NCBI GenBank assembly: GCA_002347125.1
Contig: DDXG01000263.1
Coordinates: 1-56,041, forward strand
Length of the DNA: 56,041 nucleotides
Reading direction: 5' to 3'
Origin: Phycisphaerales bacterium UBA2266
GTDB lineage: Bacteria; Planctomycetota; Phycisphaerae; Sedimentisphaerales; Anaerobacaceae
Position numbers and translations under genes: made by a program. Below, piece after piece: positions 7,307 to 15,697 of this stretch (the first letter of the stretch is position 1; every line of letters begins with the position of its first letter). The notes under the pieces are model-generated. The model saw only the letters and a list, made by a program, of their open reading frames with translations, made no database searches and was not told where the DNA came from.

Positions 7307-8980
7307 ATGAGTTTCGCACTTTCAGCAGGTGTCAGCGGTCTTCAAGCTCATCAACAGATGCTGGATGTTGCGGGCAACAACCTGGCGAACGTCAACACGA
7401 CGGCGTACAAATCGCACCGGATCATCTTCTCGGAGCTTCTGAGCGAGACGATCAAGAAGGCGTCGCAGCCGACGAGCACGATCGGCGGGACCAACCCGCA
7501 GCAGATGGGCAGCGGCGTGGGGGTGGCCGGGACGAGCCCCAACATGAGCCAGGGCAACATTGTGAATACGGGCAACCCGCTGGATATGGCGATCGAAGGG
7601 GAGGGGTTCTTCGTGCTCAGCGACGGGCAGCGGAAGGTCTACACGCGGGCGGGGACGTTCGCGGTGGATGCCAACTCGAACCTGGTGGACCCGGCGACGG
7701 GTTTCCTGGTCCAACGGATCGGTTCGACCGGCGAGGCCGACACGTTTCAGAGGGCCGGTGACAGCCACGTCAAGATTCCGTACGACGTAGCAATGGCAGC
7801 CAAGGCGACCACGTCGGTGACGGTGGCCGGCAACCTGAGCGCCGACCAGGTTAACACCGTCAACGGACCGAACAAGCTGGCGTCGAACGTCGTGTTCACG
7901 GAGAACAGCGGGACGAAGGCGTCGAGCAGCACAAAGCTGATCGATCTGGACCAATGTTCGAGCGGCAGTCTGGACGGCAGCACTATCACGGTTACGGGCT
8001 ACGACCACGACGGTACGGCGCTGACGCCGGCAACGATTACGCTGGCGGACACGATGACGCTCAGCGACGTGGTCACGGCCCTGGGCGCGGCGCTGGGAGC
8101 GACAAACGCCAAGGCATCATTCAGCGACGGACAGATTGTCGTCACGGATGTGAAGAGCGGCTACAGCAAGTCGGACGTCAAGCTGACGTTCAACCAGGGC
8201 ACGGCGACGTCGGAGCTTGAACTGCCGTCGTACTTTGAGATCGCCAACGTCGGCGGCGAGGCGGTGCAGGATGTCTCGATCACCGTGTACGACAGCCAGG
8301 GCGGACGACATACGCTGTCGGCCGCGCTTGTACGGACGGAGACGCCGAATACGTGGGACATGGTACTGACCTCGATCACGGGCAATGTGCATAATATCAC
8401 CGACCGGCGGATCGAGGGGATTCAGTTCGATACGACGGGCTACTACTCGGGTCTGGATACGGCCATCGGGGATTCGGCGTTGTTCTCGGTGACGTTCGAC
8501 CACGACAAGAGCAATACGCAGAGGATCGGGCTGTCGCTGGGAACGCCGGACATGCTGGACGGCTTGACGCAGTTCGCGGGCAACAGCACGGCCGTGGCCC
8601 GGGGCCAGGACGGGTATGAATCGGGCAAGTTGTCCACGGTCTCGGTGAACAACGAGGGGATTCTGATCGGCGCATTCTCCAACGGCGTCAAGAAGGAGAT
8701 CGCCGCTTTGCAGGTCGCGTTGTTCCAAAACACGACGGGTTTGGAGAGCATCGGCAACGGTTACTTCATTCCTTCGGCGAACTCGGGAGATCCGGCGGCG
8801 ACACAGGCGTTGAGCGGTGGGGCCGGATCAATTCACGGCGGGGCGCTGGAGAAGTCCAATGCGGACGTGGCGACCGAGTTCGTGACGATGATTGAGGCGC
8901 AGAACGGTTTTCAGGCGAACGCCCGGACGATCCGGGTGGCCAACGACATTCTGAGGGAATTGACGAACCTCATCCGGTAG
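7307..8980 (+). CDS. flgE: Flagellar hook protein FlgE
   Basis: The N-terminal axial-protein motif is SGLQAHQQMLDVAGNNLANVNTTAYK. The C-terminal motif is SNADVATEFVTMIEAQNGFQANARTIRVANDILRELTNLIR. The RBS is AGGAG. Confidence 0.95.
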   Translation: MSFALSAGVSGLQAHQQMLDVAGNNLANVNTTAYKSHRIIFSELLSETIKKASQPTSTIGGTNPQQMGSGVGVAGTSPNMSQGNIVNTGNPLDMAIEGEGFFVLSDGQRKVYTRAGTFAVDANSNLVDPATGFLVQRIGSTGEADTFQRAGDSHVKIPYDVAMAAKATTSVTVAGNLSADQVNTVNGPNKLASNVVFTENSGTKASSSTKLIDLDQCSSGSLDGSTITVTGYDHDGTALTPATITLADTMTLSDVVTALGAALGATNAKASFSDGQIVVTDVKSGYSKSDVKLTFNQGTATSELELPSYFEIANVGGEAVQDVSITVYDSQGGRHTLSAALVRTETPNTWDMVLTSITGNVHNITDRRIEGIQFDTTGYYSGLDTAIGDSALFSVTFDHDKSNTQRIGLSLGTPDMLDGLTQFAGNSTAVARGQDGYESGKLSTVSVNNEGILIGAFSNGVKKEIAALQVALFQNTTGLESIGNGYFIPSANSGDPAATQALSGGAGSIHGGALEKSNADVATEFVTMIEAQNGFQANARTIRVANDILRELTNLIR

Positions 8981-8984
8981 TCGG

Positions 8985-10379
8985 GTGATCGGCGCGGATA
9001 ACCGCATGATTCATTCAGTGATGAACACAACGGTGGGGTTGGCACTCAGCGTCGGCGGCCTGATGGTCCCGGGGCCGGGCATCCTGGCGCAGTTGACGCC
9101 TCGCGAGCGATGGGAGGCGATGCAGGGCTATGAGACGGTGATGAGCGAGCGATGGTTCACGATCGGCGGACTGGTGGCGATTGCGTTTCTGTCGGCATTG
9201 CTGTTCTATGTAACATACCGCCGCAAGAGGCAGGAGTTGCGCGTCTCCGGCCGGATGTTTGACGAATATGCGAGGAAATGCGGATTGACGGTTCGCGAGA
9301 AGATAATGTTGCGGGAGATTGCACGCCGCGCGGGGGTTCGCCGGGATGAGTCCATCTTCACGCTCGGCAGCGCATTTGACCGGGGGGCCGGCCGGATGGT
9401 TCAGGAACAGCTTGACGGGGAGCCTTCGCCGGAACAGGTTCGGGAACTGCGGATGGAGTTATCGTTCGTGCGGGAGAAGCTGGGATTCAAGATGTGCCCA
9501 TCCCCCGCGGCGGGCACGGCGGTGGCGGACAGCTCTCAATTGACCAGCCGCCAGATTCCGGCGGGGCGCAAGATTCACATGACCCGGCGACGCGACCGCG
9601 ACGGCGAGATTGAGGCGACGGTGGTTGAGAACACGGACACGGAACTGGCGGTGCGGATGAGCTGCAACGTCAAAGTAACGTTTGGGGAGTTCTGGTGCGT
9701 GCGGTACTACTTTGGAGCGTCGGTGTGGGAATTCGATTCCTCGGTCATCAGTTTTGACGGAGACGTGCTCGGACTGGCCCACAGCGAGAGCGTGCGGTTC
9801 ATCAACCGTCGGCGCTTTCTGCGGGTGCCGGTTCACCGGCAGGGGTATGTCGCGAGTTTCCCATTCCTGGCGCCTCGCGATGAGACCGGAGCGCAGCGGA
9901 GCCGGGCGGCGCAGCCTGCCGATGGGGCCGGTCACGGGGCGGACGGCTCCTGGGGGCCTCCGACGTTCGTACCGGCGGTCATCACCGAGCTGGCGGGGCC
10001 GGGTCTGCGGGTCGAGGCGCCGCTGAAGGTCAAGAGCGGCGACCGCATGCTGGTGATATTCAACCTCGATGAGGATATTGAGGCGGGCGCATCGGCGTCG
10101 ACAGGCCCGTACAAGCACATGGGCAAGATCGTGGAGAATGTCGGCGAAGTCCGCCACGTTACGCCGACAGTCGAAGGGTCGTCGATTGCGCTGGAACTGA
10201 CGTTCCTCAGCGACGCAGCGGTGGGTGAGTTGATCCGGGCCACCAACACGGCGGCCGTGAAGGCGCGGGTCGTGCGCGGCGCGGCGGGCGACGGCACCAC
10301 GACAGGGACGCCGCGGGCCGACGACGAGACATTCGCGTCGTCGGCGCCCGCTGTGGAGAAGGAGGCCGACCATGTCTGA
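8985..10379 (+). CDS. Membrane-anchored PilZ-domain protein (YcgR-like two-barrel architecture) embedded in the flg operon
   Basis: TM helix WFTIGGLVAIAFLSALLFYVTY. PilZ-type RRRFLRV at nt 9807-9824. A degenerate second motif ELAGPG lies at 9987-10004 where (D/N)xSxxG is expected. The start is uncertain (GTG 8985, ATG 9006 or ATG 9021). The stop overlaps the flgF ATG by 8 nt. Confidence 0.7.
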   Translation: MIGADNRMIHSVMNTTVGLALSVGGLMVPGPGILAQLTPRERWEAMQGYETVMSERWFTIGGLVAIAFLSALLFYVTYRRKRQELRVSGRMFDEYARKCGLTVREKIMLREIARRAGVRRDESIFTLGSAFDRGAGRMVQEQLDGEPSPEQVRELRMELSFVREKLGFKMCPSPAAGTAVADSSQLTSRQIPAGRKIHMTRRRDRDGEIEATVVENTDTELAVRMSCNVKVTFGEFWCVRYYFGASVWEFDSSVISFDGDVLGLAHSESVRFINRRRFLRVPVHRQGYVASFPFLAPRDETGAQRSRAAQPADGAGHGADGSWGPPTFVPAVITELAGPGLRVEAPLKVKSGDRMLVIFNLDEDIEAGASASTGPYKHMGKIVENVGEVRHVTPTVEGSSIALELTFLSDAAVGELIRATNTAAVKARVVRGAAGDGTTTGTPRADDETFASSAPAVEKEADHV

Positions 10380-11103
10380 GCTGACCGATCAGATCGGGGC
10401 CACACTCGAGCAACTTGGGATACAATTCGAGGCGATCGCGCATAATCTGGCCAATGCAGGCACGGTCGGGTACAAGCGTCGGATCAGCTCGTTTACGCAG
10501 GCGCTGGCGGAGGCGGGCGTTCCCATGCCCGACGCCGGATACGACATCGACGCCACGACGGTGTACGATTTTTCCCAGGGGTCGGTGACTGAGAGCGGGC
10601 GGCCGCTGGACGTGGCGCTGGAGGGCAAGGGTTTCTTTGTGATCGAGACACCGGACGGGCCGCTCTACACGCGCAGCGGAGTGTTCGGTCTCAACGGCGA
10701 TAATCAGATTGTCGATCTCTCGGGCCGGCCGGTGGCGGGCAGCCGCGGACCGATCTCGGTGCCGCCCCAGACGGCACCGTCGGCGATCCATGTCACGGCC
10801 GACGGTGCGGTGCAGGCCGACGGCATTCAGATCGACAGCTTCAAACTCGTGAGCTTCAAGGAGGAGGACGAGAAGGCCCTTGTGTCCGTCGGAGAGGGCT
10901 GTTTTCGTGCGCCCGCCGGTGCGCGACCTGAAACGTCCGAGGGCCTGACGGTTCGCCAGTATTGCCGCGAGGCCTCCAATGTCCAGCTTATGGAGGAGAT
11001 GGTCAACATGCTGATGGTCTCGCGGCTCTATCAGGCCAATACCCGCGTGCTGTCGGCCACAAAAGACGTCGGCGGCAGCCTCATGAGCGTAGCCATGGGT
11101 TGA
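10372..11103 (+). CDS. flgF: Flagellar basal-body rod protein FlgF
   Basis: The N-terminus reads AIAHNLANAGTVGYKRR and the C-terminus reads SNVQLMEEMVNMLMVSRLYQANTRVL. The size (243 aa) and the position before flgG both fit. Confidence 0.9.
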   Translation: MSELTDQIGATLEQLGIQFEAIAHNLANAGTVGYKRRISSFTQALAEAGVPMPDAGYDIDATTVYDFSQGSVTESGRPLDVALEGKGFFVIETPDGPLYTRSGVFGLNGDNQIVDLSGRPVAGSRGPISVPPQTAPSAIHVTADGAVQADGIQIDSFKLVSFKEEDEKALVSVGEGCFRAPAGARPETSEGLTVRQYCREASNVQLMEEMVNMLMVSRLYQANTRVLSATKDVGGSLMSVAMG

Positions 11104-11137
11104 CCGCCATCACGCAAGTTCGAAGGAGCAAACCACG

Positions 11138-11926
11138 ATGCTCAAAGCATTCTCAACCGCCGCGACAGGCATGAGCGCCCAGGAGTTGATGATCAATGTC
11201 ACGGCCAACAACCTGGCGAACATCAACACGAACGGCTTCAAGCGCAGCCAGGTGGACTTTCAGGACCTGTTGTATGTGCACCTGCGGCAGGCGGGCGCGG
11301 AGATGTTCTCCGGCCAGGCGTCGCCCGGGGGCATGGAGGTCGGCTCGGGCGTGCGGGCCGCCTCGACGGTGAAGGTGTTCAGCCCGGGCGAGCTGGTCAA
11401 CACGACCCGTCCGCTGGACCTGGCCATCACGGGCGAGGGGTTCTTTCAGATATCCATGCCGGATGGCACGACCCGGTATACCCGCGACGGGGCCTTCCAG
11501 AAGGGTCCCAACGGCGAGTTGATGACGGCCACCGGCTATCTGTTGGATCCGCCGATTACGATCCCGACCGATGCCGTGGCGGTGACGATCGGTAAGGACG
11601 GTAGTGTCAACGTAACCGACCCATCAGGCACGCAGTCGGTGGTCGGCAGCATCCAACTGGCGAATTTCCCCAACCCGTCGGGGCTGTCCAGCGAGGGCGA
11701 CAACCTTCTGGCGCAGACGGAGGCCAGCGGCACGGCCGTGACGGGTATTCCGGGCAACAATGGCCTAGGACTGATTCAAGGCGGGTTTCTGGAGAAGTCC
11801 AACGTGCAGATGGTGACGGAATTGGTGAATCTCATCACCGCCCAGCGGGCCTACGAGGTCAGTTCGCGGGCCATCCGGGCGGGCGACCAGATGCTCCAGA
11901 CCGCCATACAGACCGGCAGCTTCTAA
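11138..11926 (+). CDS. flgG: Flagellar distal rod protein FlgG
   Basis: TAATGMSAQELMINVTANNLANINTNGFKRSQVDFQDLLY, then SNVQMVTELVNLITAQRAYEVSSRAIRAGDQML. The protein is 262 aa and the RBS is AAGGAG. Confidence 0.95.
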   Translation: MLKAFSTAATGMSAQELMINVTANNLANINTNGFKRSQVDFQDLLYVHLRQAGAEMFSGQASPGGMEVGSGVRAASTVKVFSPGELVNTTRPLDLAITGEGFFQISMPDGTTRYTRDGAFQKGPNGELMTATGYLLDPPITIPTDAVAVTIGKDGSVNVTDPSGTQSVVGSIQLANFPNPSGLSSEGDNLLAQTEASGTAVTGIPGNNGLGLIQGGFLEKSNVQMVTELVNLITAQRAYEVSSRAIRAGDQMLQTAIQTGSF

Positions 11927-11938
11927 GCTGAGGCAACC

Positions 11939-12919
11939 ATGAGACATAGAGCAACTATCCTGGGTTTGATGCTGAGCGCCGCCTTCGCGGGATGGCCGGC
12001 GGCCGCCGAAAGCGGCACGGGGCCGGGATTGCGGATTCATCTGCCGCGGCAACTGACAATCGAGAACGACGTGCCCACGCTGGGACAGGTGGGAGTGCTT
12101 CTGGGCGAAGAGGGGCTGCTGGACCGGGCCTCGAAGGTGACATTGGGGCGTATCGCCATGCCGGGACAGGAAATCACGGTCAGTCGGACCGTGATACTGA
12201 GCCGGCTGGCGGCGGCGGGGCTGGACGCCTCCTGCGTAGTGTTTTCGGGAGCCGACAGCGTTAAGGTCTCGCGGCCGCACCGGACTGTAACGGGCGGCGA
12301 TTTCGTCCAGTTCGCGTCGGCGTACCTCGATTCGGCGCCGAAGGCTCCCGGAGTTCGCGCCTTTGAGCCGGTGGCGGCGCCTCCGGATCTGGTTCTGGCG
12401 GAACCCCAACCCGCGCTGACATTCACCGCATCGTCGGCCAAGAGCCCGGCGGCCAACCTGGCCATCATCGAGATTCAAGTCAGGCAGGGTCAGACCGTGG
12501 TGGACAGCCGGCGCATCGTATTTCGGGCCAGGTACAATCACCGCACCGTCAAGGCGACGGCCGACATCGCAGCCGGCGACCTGGTCACGAACGACAACGT
12601 CCTGATTGAGACCGTGGCCTCGGACTATCCCGAACCGGCGGACTGGACGGCGCCTTACGGTCTGGTGGCGCGACATCCCATCGCGGCCGGCGGCACGATC
12701 CGGCCGGACATGCTCACGTCGCCCAGGCCCCAGGCCATCGTCAAACGCAACCAGAACGTCGTCATTCAGATCGACCGACTCGGTCTGCTCATCACCGCGA
12801 CGGGTCGCGCCCTTCAGGAGGGCGCCACCGGGCAGTTTATCAAGGTTCAGAACATCGACTCGCAGCGGGTTATCATCTGCAAGGTCCGCGACGAAGGCAC
12901 GGTGGAGCCGGTGTTCTAA
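11939..12919 (+). CDS. flgA: Flagellar P-ring assembly chaperone FlgA (SAF domain)
   Basis: Signal peptide MRHRATILGLMLSAAFAGWPAAA. The C-terminal SAF/FlgA motif is IAAGGTIRPDMLTSPRPQAIVKRNQNVVIQIDRLGLLITATGRALQEGATGQFIKVQN. Confidence 0.85.
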   Translation: MRHRATILGLMLSAAFAGWPAAAESGTGPGLRIHLPRQLTIENDVPTLGQVGVLLGEEGLLDRASKVTLGRIAMPGQEITVSRTVILSRLAAAGLDASCVVFSGADSVKVSRPHRTVTGGDFVQFASAYLDSAPKAPGVRAFEPVAAPPDLVLAEPQPALTFTASSAKSPAANLAIIEIQVRQGQTVVDSRRIVFRARYNHRTVKATADIAAGDLVTNDNVLIETVASDYPEPADWTAPYGLVARHPIAAGGTIRPDMLTSPRPQAIVKRNQNVVIQIDRLGLLITATGRALQEGATGQFIKVQNIDSQRVIICKVRDEGTVEPVF

Positions 12920-12932
12920 GCAAGGAGTGATA

Positions 12933-13547
12933 ATGAAGATACGGATGCTCTTTGTCATCATGATCTGGGTCGTTGCGGCGGCGTTGCGGCCGGTGGCTGC
13001 CGATTCCATTTACGCCAGGCGACTTGCGGTTTCGCGTTCGCTCTACGCGGACGACACCGCCCGCAAGATCGGCGACGTGCTGACGATCGCCGTTACCGAG
13101 GACAGCAAGATCGACAACAAGGCGAAGCGCGACCTCAAGAAAGAAGTCAGCCGGTCCACGACGTTTGACGGAGAGCTGGGTATCGACCATATCCTGCCGA
13201 GCATTCCGGGGTTCACCATGTCGGCGAAATCCGCCAATGAACTCAAGGGCAAGGCGGACTACAAGGACGAGCGCAGCTTCACGGATATGATCACGGTCGT
13301 CGTGATGGATGTTATGCCCAACGGCAACCTCGTCGTGATGGGAACGCGAAGCCGCAACATCGCCGACGACCTCCAGGTTATCGAGGTCAGCGGCATCGTC
13401 AAGCCCAGCGACATCAGCTTTGAGAACGTCGTCAAGAGCGAACAGGTGGCCAACTTCCGGATCGTGACGCGACACTCCGGCGTGGCCGCTCCATACAACA
13501 AGCCCGGCTGGCTGGGCTCGATATTCGACAAGGTCTGGCCCTTCTGA
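12933..13547 (+). CDS. flgH: Flagellar L-ring protein FlgH
   Basis: I moved the start from the listed 12606 to ATG 12933, which is preceded by AAGGAG (12922-12927). Signal peptide MKIRMLFVIMIWVVAAALRPVAA. FlgH motifs: IGDVLTIAVTEDSKIDNKA, GNLVVMGTRSRNI, VSGIVKPSDISFENVVKSEQVAN. Confidence 0.9.
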   Translation: MKIRMLFVIMIWVVAAALRPVAADSIYARRLAVSRSLYADDTARKIGDVLTIAVTEDSKIDNKAKRDLKKEVSRSTTFDGELGIDHILPSIPGFTMSAKSANELKGKADYKDERSFTDMITVVVMDVMPNGNLVVMGTRSRNIADDLQVIEVSGIVKPSDISFENVVKSEQVANFRIVTRHSGVAAPYNKPGWLGSIFDKVWPF

Positions 13548-13548
13548 T

Positions 13549-14724
13549 GTGGATGGAATGATGGAACGCTGTGAAGGTCAAATCATGAGGCTCCGGCAAG
13601 GATACGCCGGATCGGCGAGCTTCGCGCGGGGCTGGCTGCTTGTGGCGGCGGTTCTGTGTATGGCTTCGGCCGGCCGCGCTGAGCGCATCAAGGACATTGT
13701 CGATATTCAGGGTGTCCGCGATAACCCGTTGACGGGTTTCGGCCTGGTGGTGGGGCTGGCCGACACGGGCGATTCGAGTGTGCCGTCCAGACAGGTGCTT
13801 GCCAGCCTGCTGCGCAACGACAGCATCACCGTCTCGCCCTCGGACCTGATTACGGGCAACCTGGCGCTGGTGCTGGTCAGCGCCAAACTAGGGCCGTTCG
13901 ACCGGGAGGGGATGCGGCTGGATGTGGATGTGTCGTCCGTGGGCAACGCCAAGAGCCTTCAGGGGGGGATGCTGCTGCCGACAGAACTCAAGGGTCTCGA
14001 CGGCGACGTGTACGCCGTGGCCTCGGGTCCGGTGAGTCTGGGCGGATGGGGGGCCTCCGGCAGTCAGGCGTCGGTGTCCAAGAACCACCTGACGGTCGGG
14101 CGGATCGCCGGCGGGGCCACCGTCGAGCGTGCGGAGCTGTCGCAGTTCTGGCAGACCACGCCGCAGGGCCGCTTTATTACGCTGCTACTTCGAAACAACG
14201 ACTTTGCGACGATAGAACGTATCGGCAAGGCGATCAACCAATTATACCCGGATGCCGCGCAGGTGGCGGATGCCGGGGCTGTTCGCGTCCGCATCCCGGA
14301 GGCTGTTCCCACATCGGGCATTGCCGGGTTCATCGATCATATCTGCCTGCCGGAGGTGAAGGTGGACTATCCCGCCGTGGTCGTGATCAACGAACGCACC
14401 GGCACTATCGTCGTGGGCGAGAACGTGGGCATCTCGCCGGTAGCCATCTCGCAGGGCAGTCTGGTGGTCAAGGTCAAGGAGACGGAGGTTGTTTCGCAGC
14501 CGACGGCCCCGTTCTCGAACGCCGGCACGACCGAGCGGGTGCCGGATACGTTCGTCGGCGTCGAAGAAACCGAGACCTATCTGATTCCCGTCGAGCACGT
14601 TGTTACCGTATCGGAATTGGCCAAGGCGCTGAACGCCATCGGCGCGACGCCGCGCGATCTTGTGGCAATCTTCAACGCCCTCAAGGCGGCCGGTGCGCTG
14701 CAGGCCAGAATTGAACCGATGTAG
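13549..14724 (+). CDS. flgI: Flagellar P-ring protein FlgI
   Basis: ERIKDIVDIQGVRDNPLTGFGLVVGLADTGDS, SLQGGMLLPTELKG, LAKALNAIGATPRDLVAIFNALKAAGALQARIE. The start may instead be ATG 13585 (MRLRQGY...), which has GAAGG upstream. Confidence 0.9.
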   Translation: MDGMMERCEGQIMRLRQGYAGSASFARGWLLVAAVLCMASAGRAERIKDIVDIQGVRDNPLTGFGLVVGLADTGDSSVPSRQVLASLLRNDSITVSPSDLITGNLALVLVSAKLGPFDREGMRLDVDVSSVGNAKSLQGGMLLPTELKGLDGDVYAVASGPVSLGGWGASGSQASVSKNHLTVGRIAGGATVERAELSQFWQTTPQGRFITLLLRNNDFATIERIGKAINQLYPDAAQVADAGAVRVRIPEAVPTSGIAGFIDHICLPEVKVDYPAVVVINERTGTIVVGENVGISPVAISQGSLVVKVKETEVVSQPTAPFSNAGTTERVPDTFVGVEETETYLIPVEHVVTVSELAKALNAIGATPRDLVAIFNALKAAGALQARIEPM

Positions 14725-14736
14725 GATGGACTGTCC

Positions 14737-15084
14737 ATGAGTGTCGACCATTTGACCGCGAACTCGCCCGTGAGCGTCGCGAACCTTGTTGGCAAGTTCG
14801 ATACCACCGCTCCGATCATAGACGCCAAGAAGATGGAGTTCGCCAAGCAGTTCGAGTCGGTTCTGATGCACCGTGTTCTGGAGCAGATGAAGGAATCGGT
14901 CGGGCAGTGGGGTTTTGAAGTCGATGGAGCGGCCGCTCAGACGTACGACTTGTTCTGGTTCCACCTGGCCGACGAATTGGGCCGGCAGGGGGGCTTGGGT
15001 CTTTGGAAGCAGATCTATCAGTCGCTGCAAGCGGATGGGGTAGCCGCACCGGGTAAACCGCTTGATCAGGGGCAGGGCGTGTGA
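14737..15084 (+). CDS. flgJ: FlgJ-like rod-binding protein (N-terminal Rod_binding domain only, no muramidase domain)
   Basis: KKMEFAKQFESVLMHRVLEQMKES...LADELGRQGGLGLWKQIYQSL matches the FlgJ N-terminal rod-binding region. The protein is only 115 aa, and its position after flgI fits. Confidence 0.7.
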   Translation: MSVDHLTANSPVSVANLVGKFDTTAPIIDAKKMEFAKQFESVLMHRVLEQMKESVGQWGFEVDGAAAQTYDLFWFHLADELGRQGGLGLWKQIYQSLQADGVAAPGKPLDQGQGV

Positions 15085-15091
15085 GGCCACG

Positions 15092-15643
15092 ATGGTGATC
15101 GCCAAGCTACAATTCGACGCCGCTACCGCCGTGCCGGATGAGTGTCTTGACGCGGTGGACGCCCTGTTGGAGTTGTTGGACACCGATATCAAACACCTGG
15201 AGACGAGCCTACGGTGGCTCGACGAGCTGCGCATCGCGGTCGTCAAACGAGACACCGATGCCATGGACACGCTGCTCGAGCGGATTCGGGCCCGTGCGGC
15301 GGACTATGCCGCAATAGAGCAGCAGCGAAGGGCCTTGTGTGGCGTCATTGCCCGCGACCTGGGCCGCGATCCCGGCGAAGTGAAGCTGACAGACGTAGAG
15401 TGCTGCCTGACCGGCCTGCGCAAGACCCTGCTGGCCGAAAAGAGGACCCGGCTGCGGACACTGGCGGAGCGCCTGCGGAGTCGGTATCAGGCGACGGCCG
15501 GTCTGTTGGCGGACTGCGCCCGGTTCAACAGGTTGTTGCTCGATAGAATTGCGGGTCTCTTGGCATCGAACCCGCTGACGTATCGCTGCGACGGCTCGAC
15601 GGGCCGCAGCGGCACCGGGGCTCTGGTGGATGTTCGTTTCTGA
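15092..15643 (+). CDS. FlgN-like export chaperone for hook-associated proteins
   Basis: I moved the start to ATG 15092, just after the flgJ stop at 15084. The protein is all-helical and Leu/Arg-rich (about 183 aa; LLELLDTDIKHLETSLRWLDELRIAVVKRDTDAMDTLLERI...ARFNRLLLDRI). Its position directly upstream of flgK-flgL fits. The assignment rests on context and composition. Confidence 0.55.
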   Translation: MVIAKLQFDAATAVPDECLDAVDALLELLDTDIKHLETSLRWLDELRIAVVKRDTDAMDTLLERIRARAADYAAIEQQRRALCGVIARDLGRDPGEVKLTDVECCLTGLRKTLLAEKRTRLRTLAERLRSRYQATAGLLADCARFNRLLLDRIAGLLASNPLTYRCDGSTGRSGTGALVDVRF

Positions 15644-15697
15644 CAAGAGGCGTTTCACAGTACTGAAAAAGGCCATGCACGGCCTGAAGATGGAACC

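Noticed and set aside
12606-12932. Long N-terminal extensions implied by the ORF track for flgH. The same applies to the ORFs listed from 25929, 31763, 34374, 36901, 40908, 41366, 42970 and 51064.
   Set aside because: The extensions overlap the 3' part of the preceding gene in another frame and are Arg/Ser/Pro-rich. Internal ATG/GTG codons that have an RBS, or that form ATGA/GTGA overlaps with the upstream stop, give proteins starting where the family N-termini are expected.
15670-15685. A small hairpin AGGCC-atgcac-GGCCT between the flgN-like gene and flgK, as a possible terminator.
   Set aside because: The stem is only 5 bp with no U-tract, and it lies 12 nt before the flgK start. It is more likely irrelevant, or part of the translation-initiation region.
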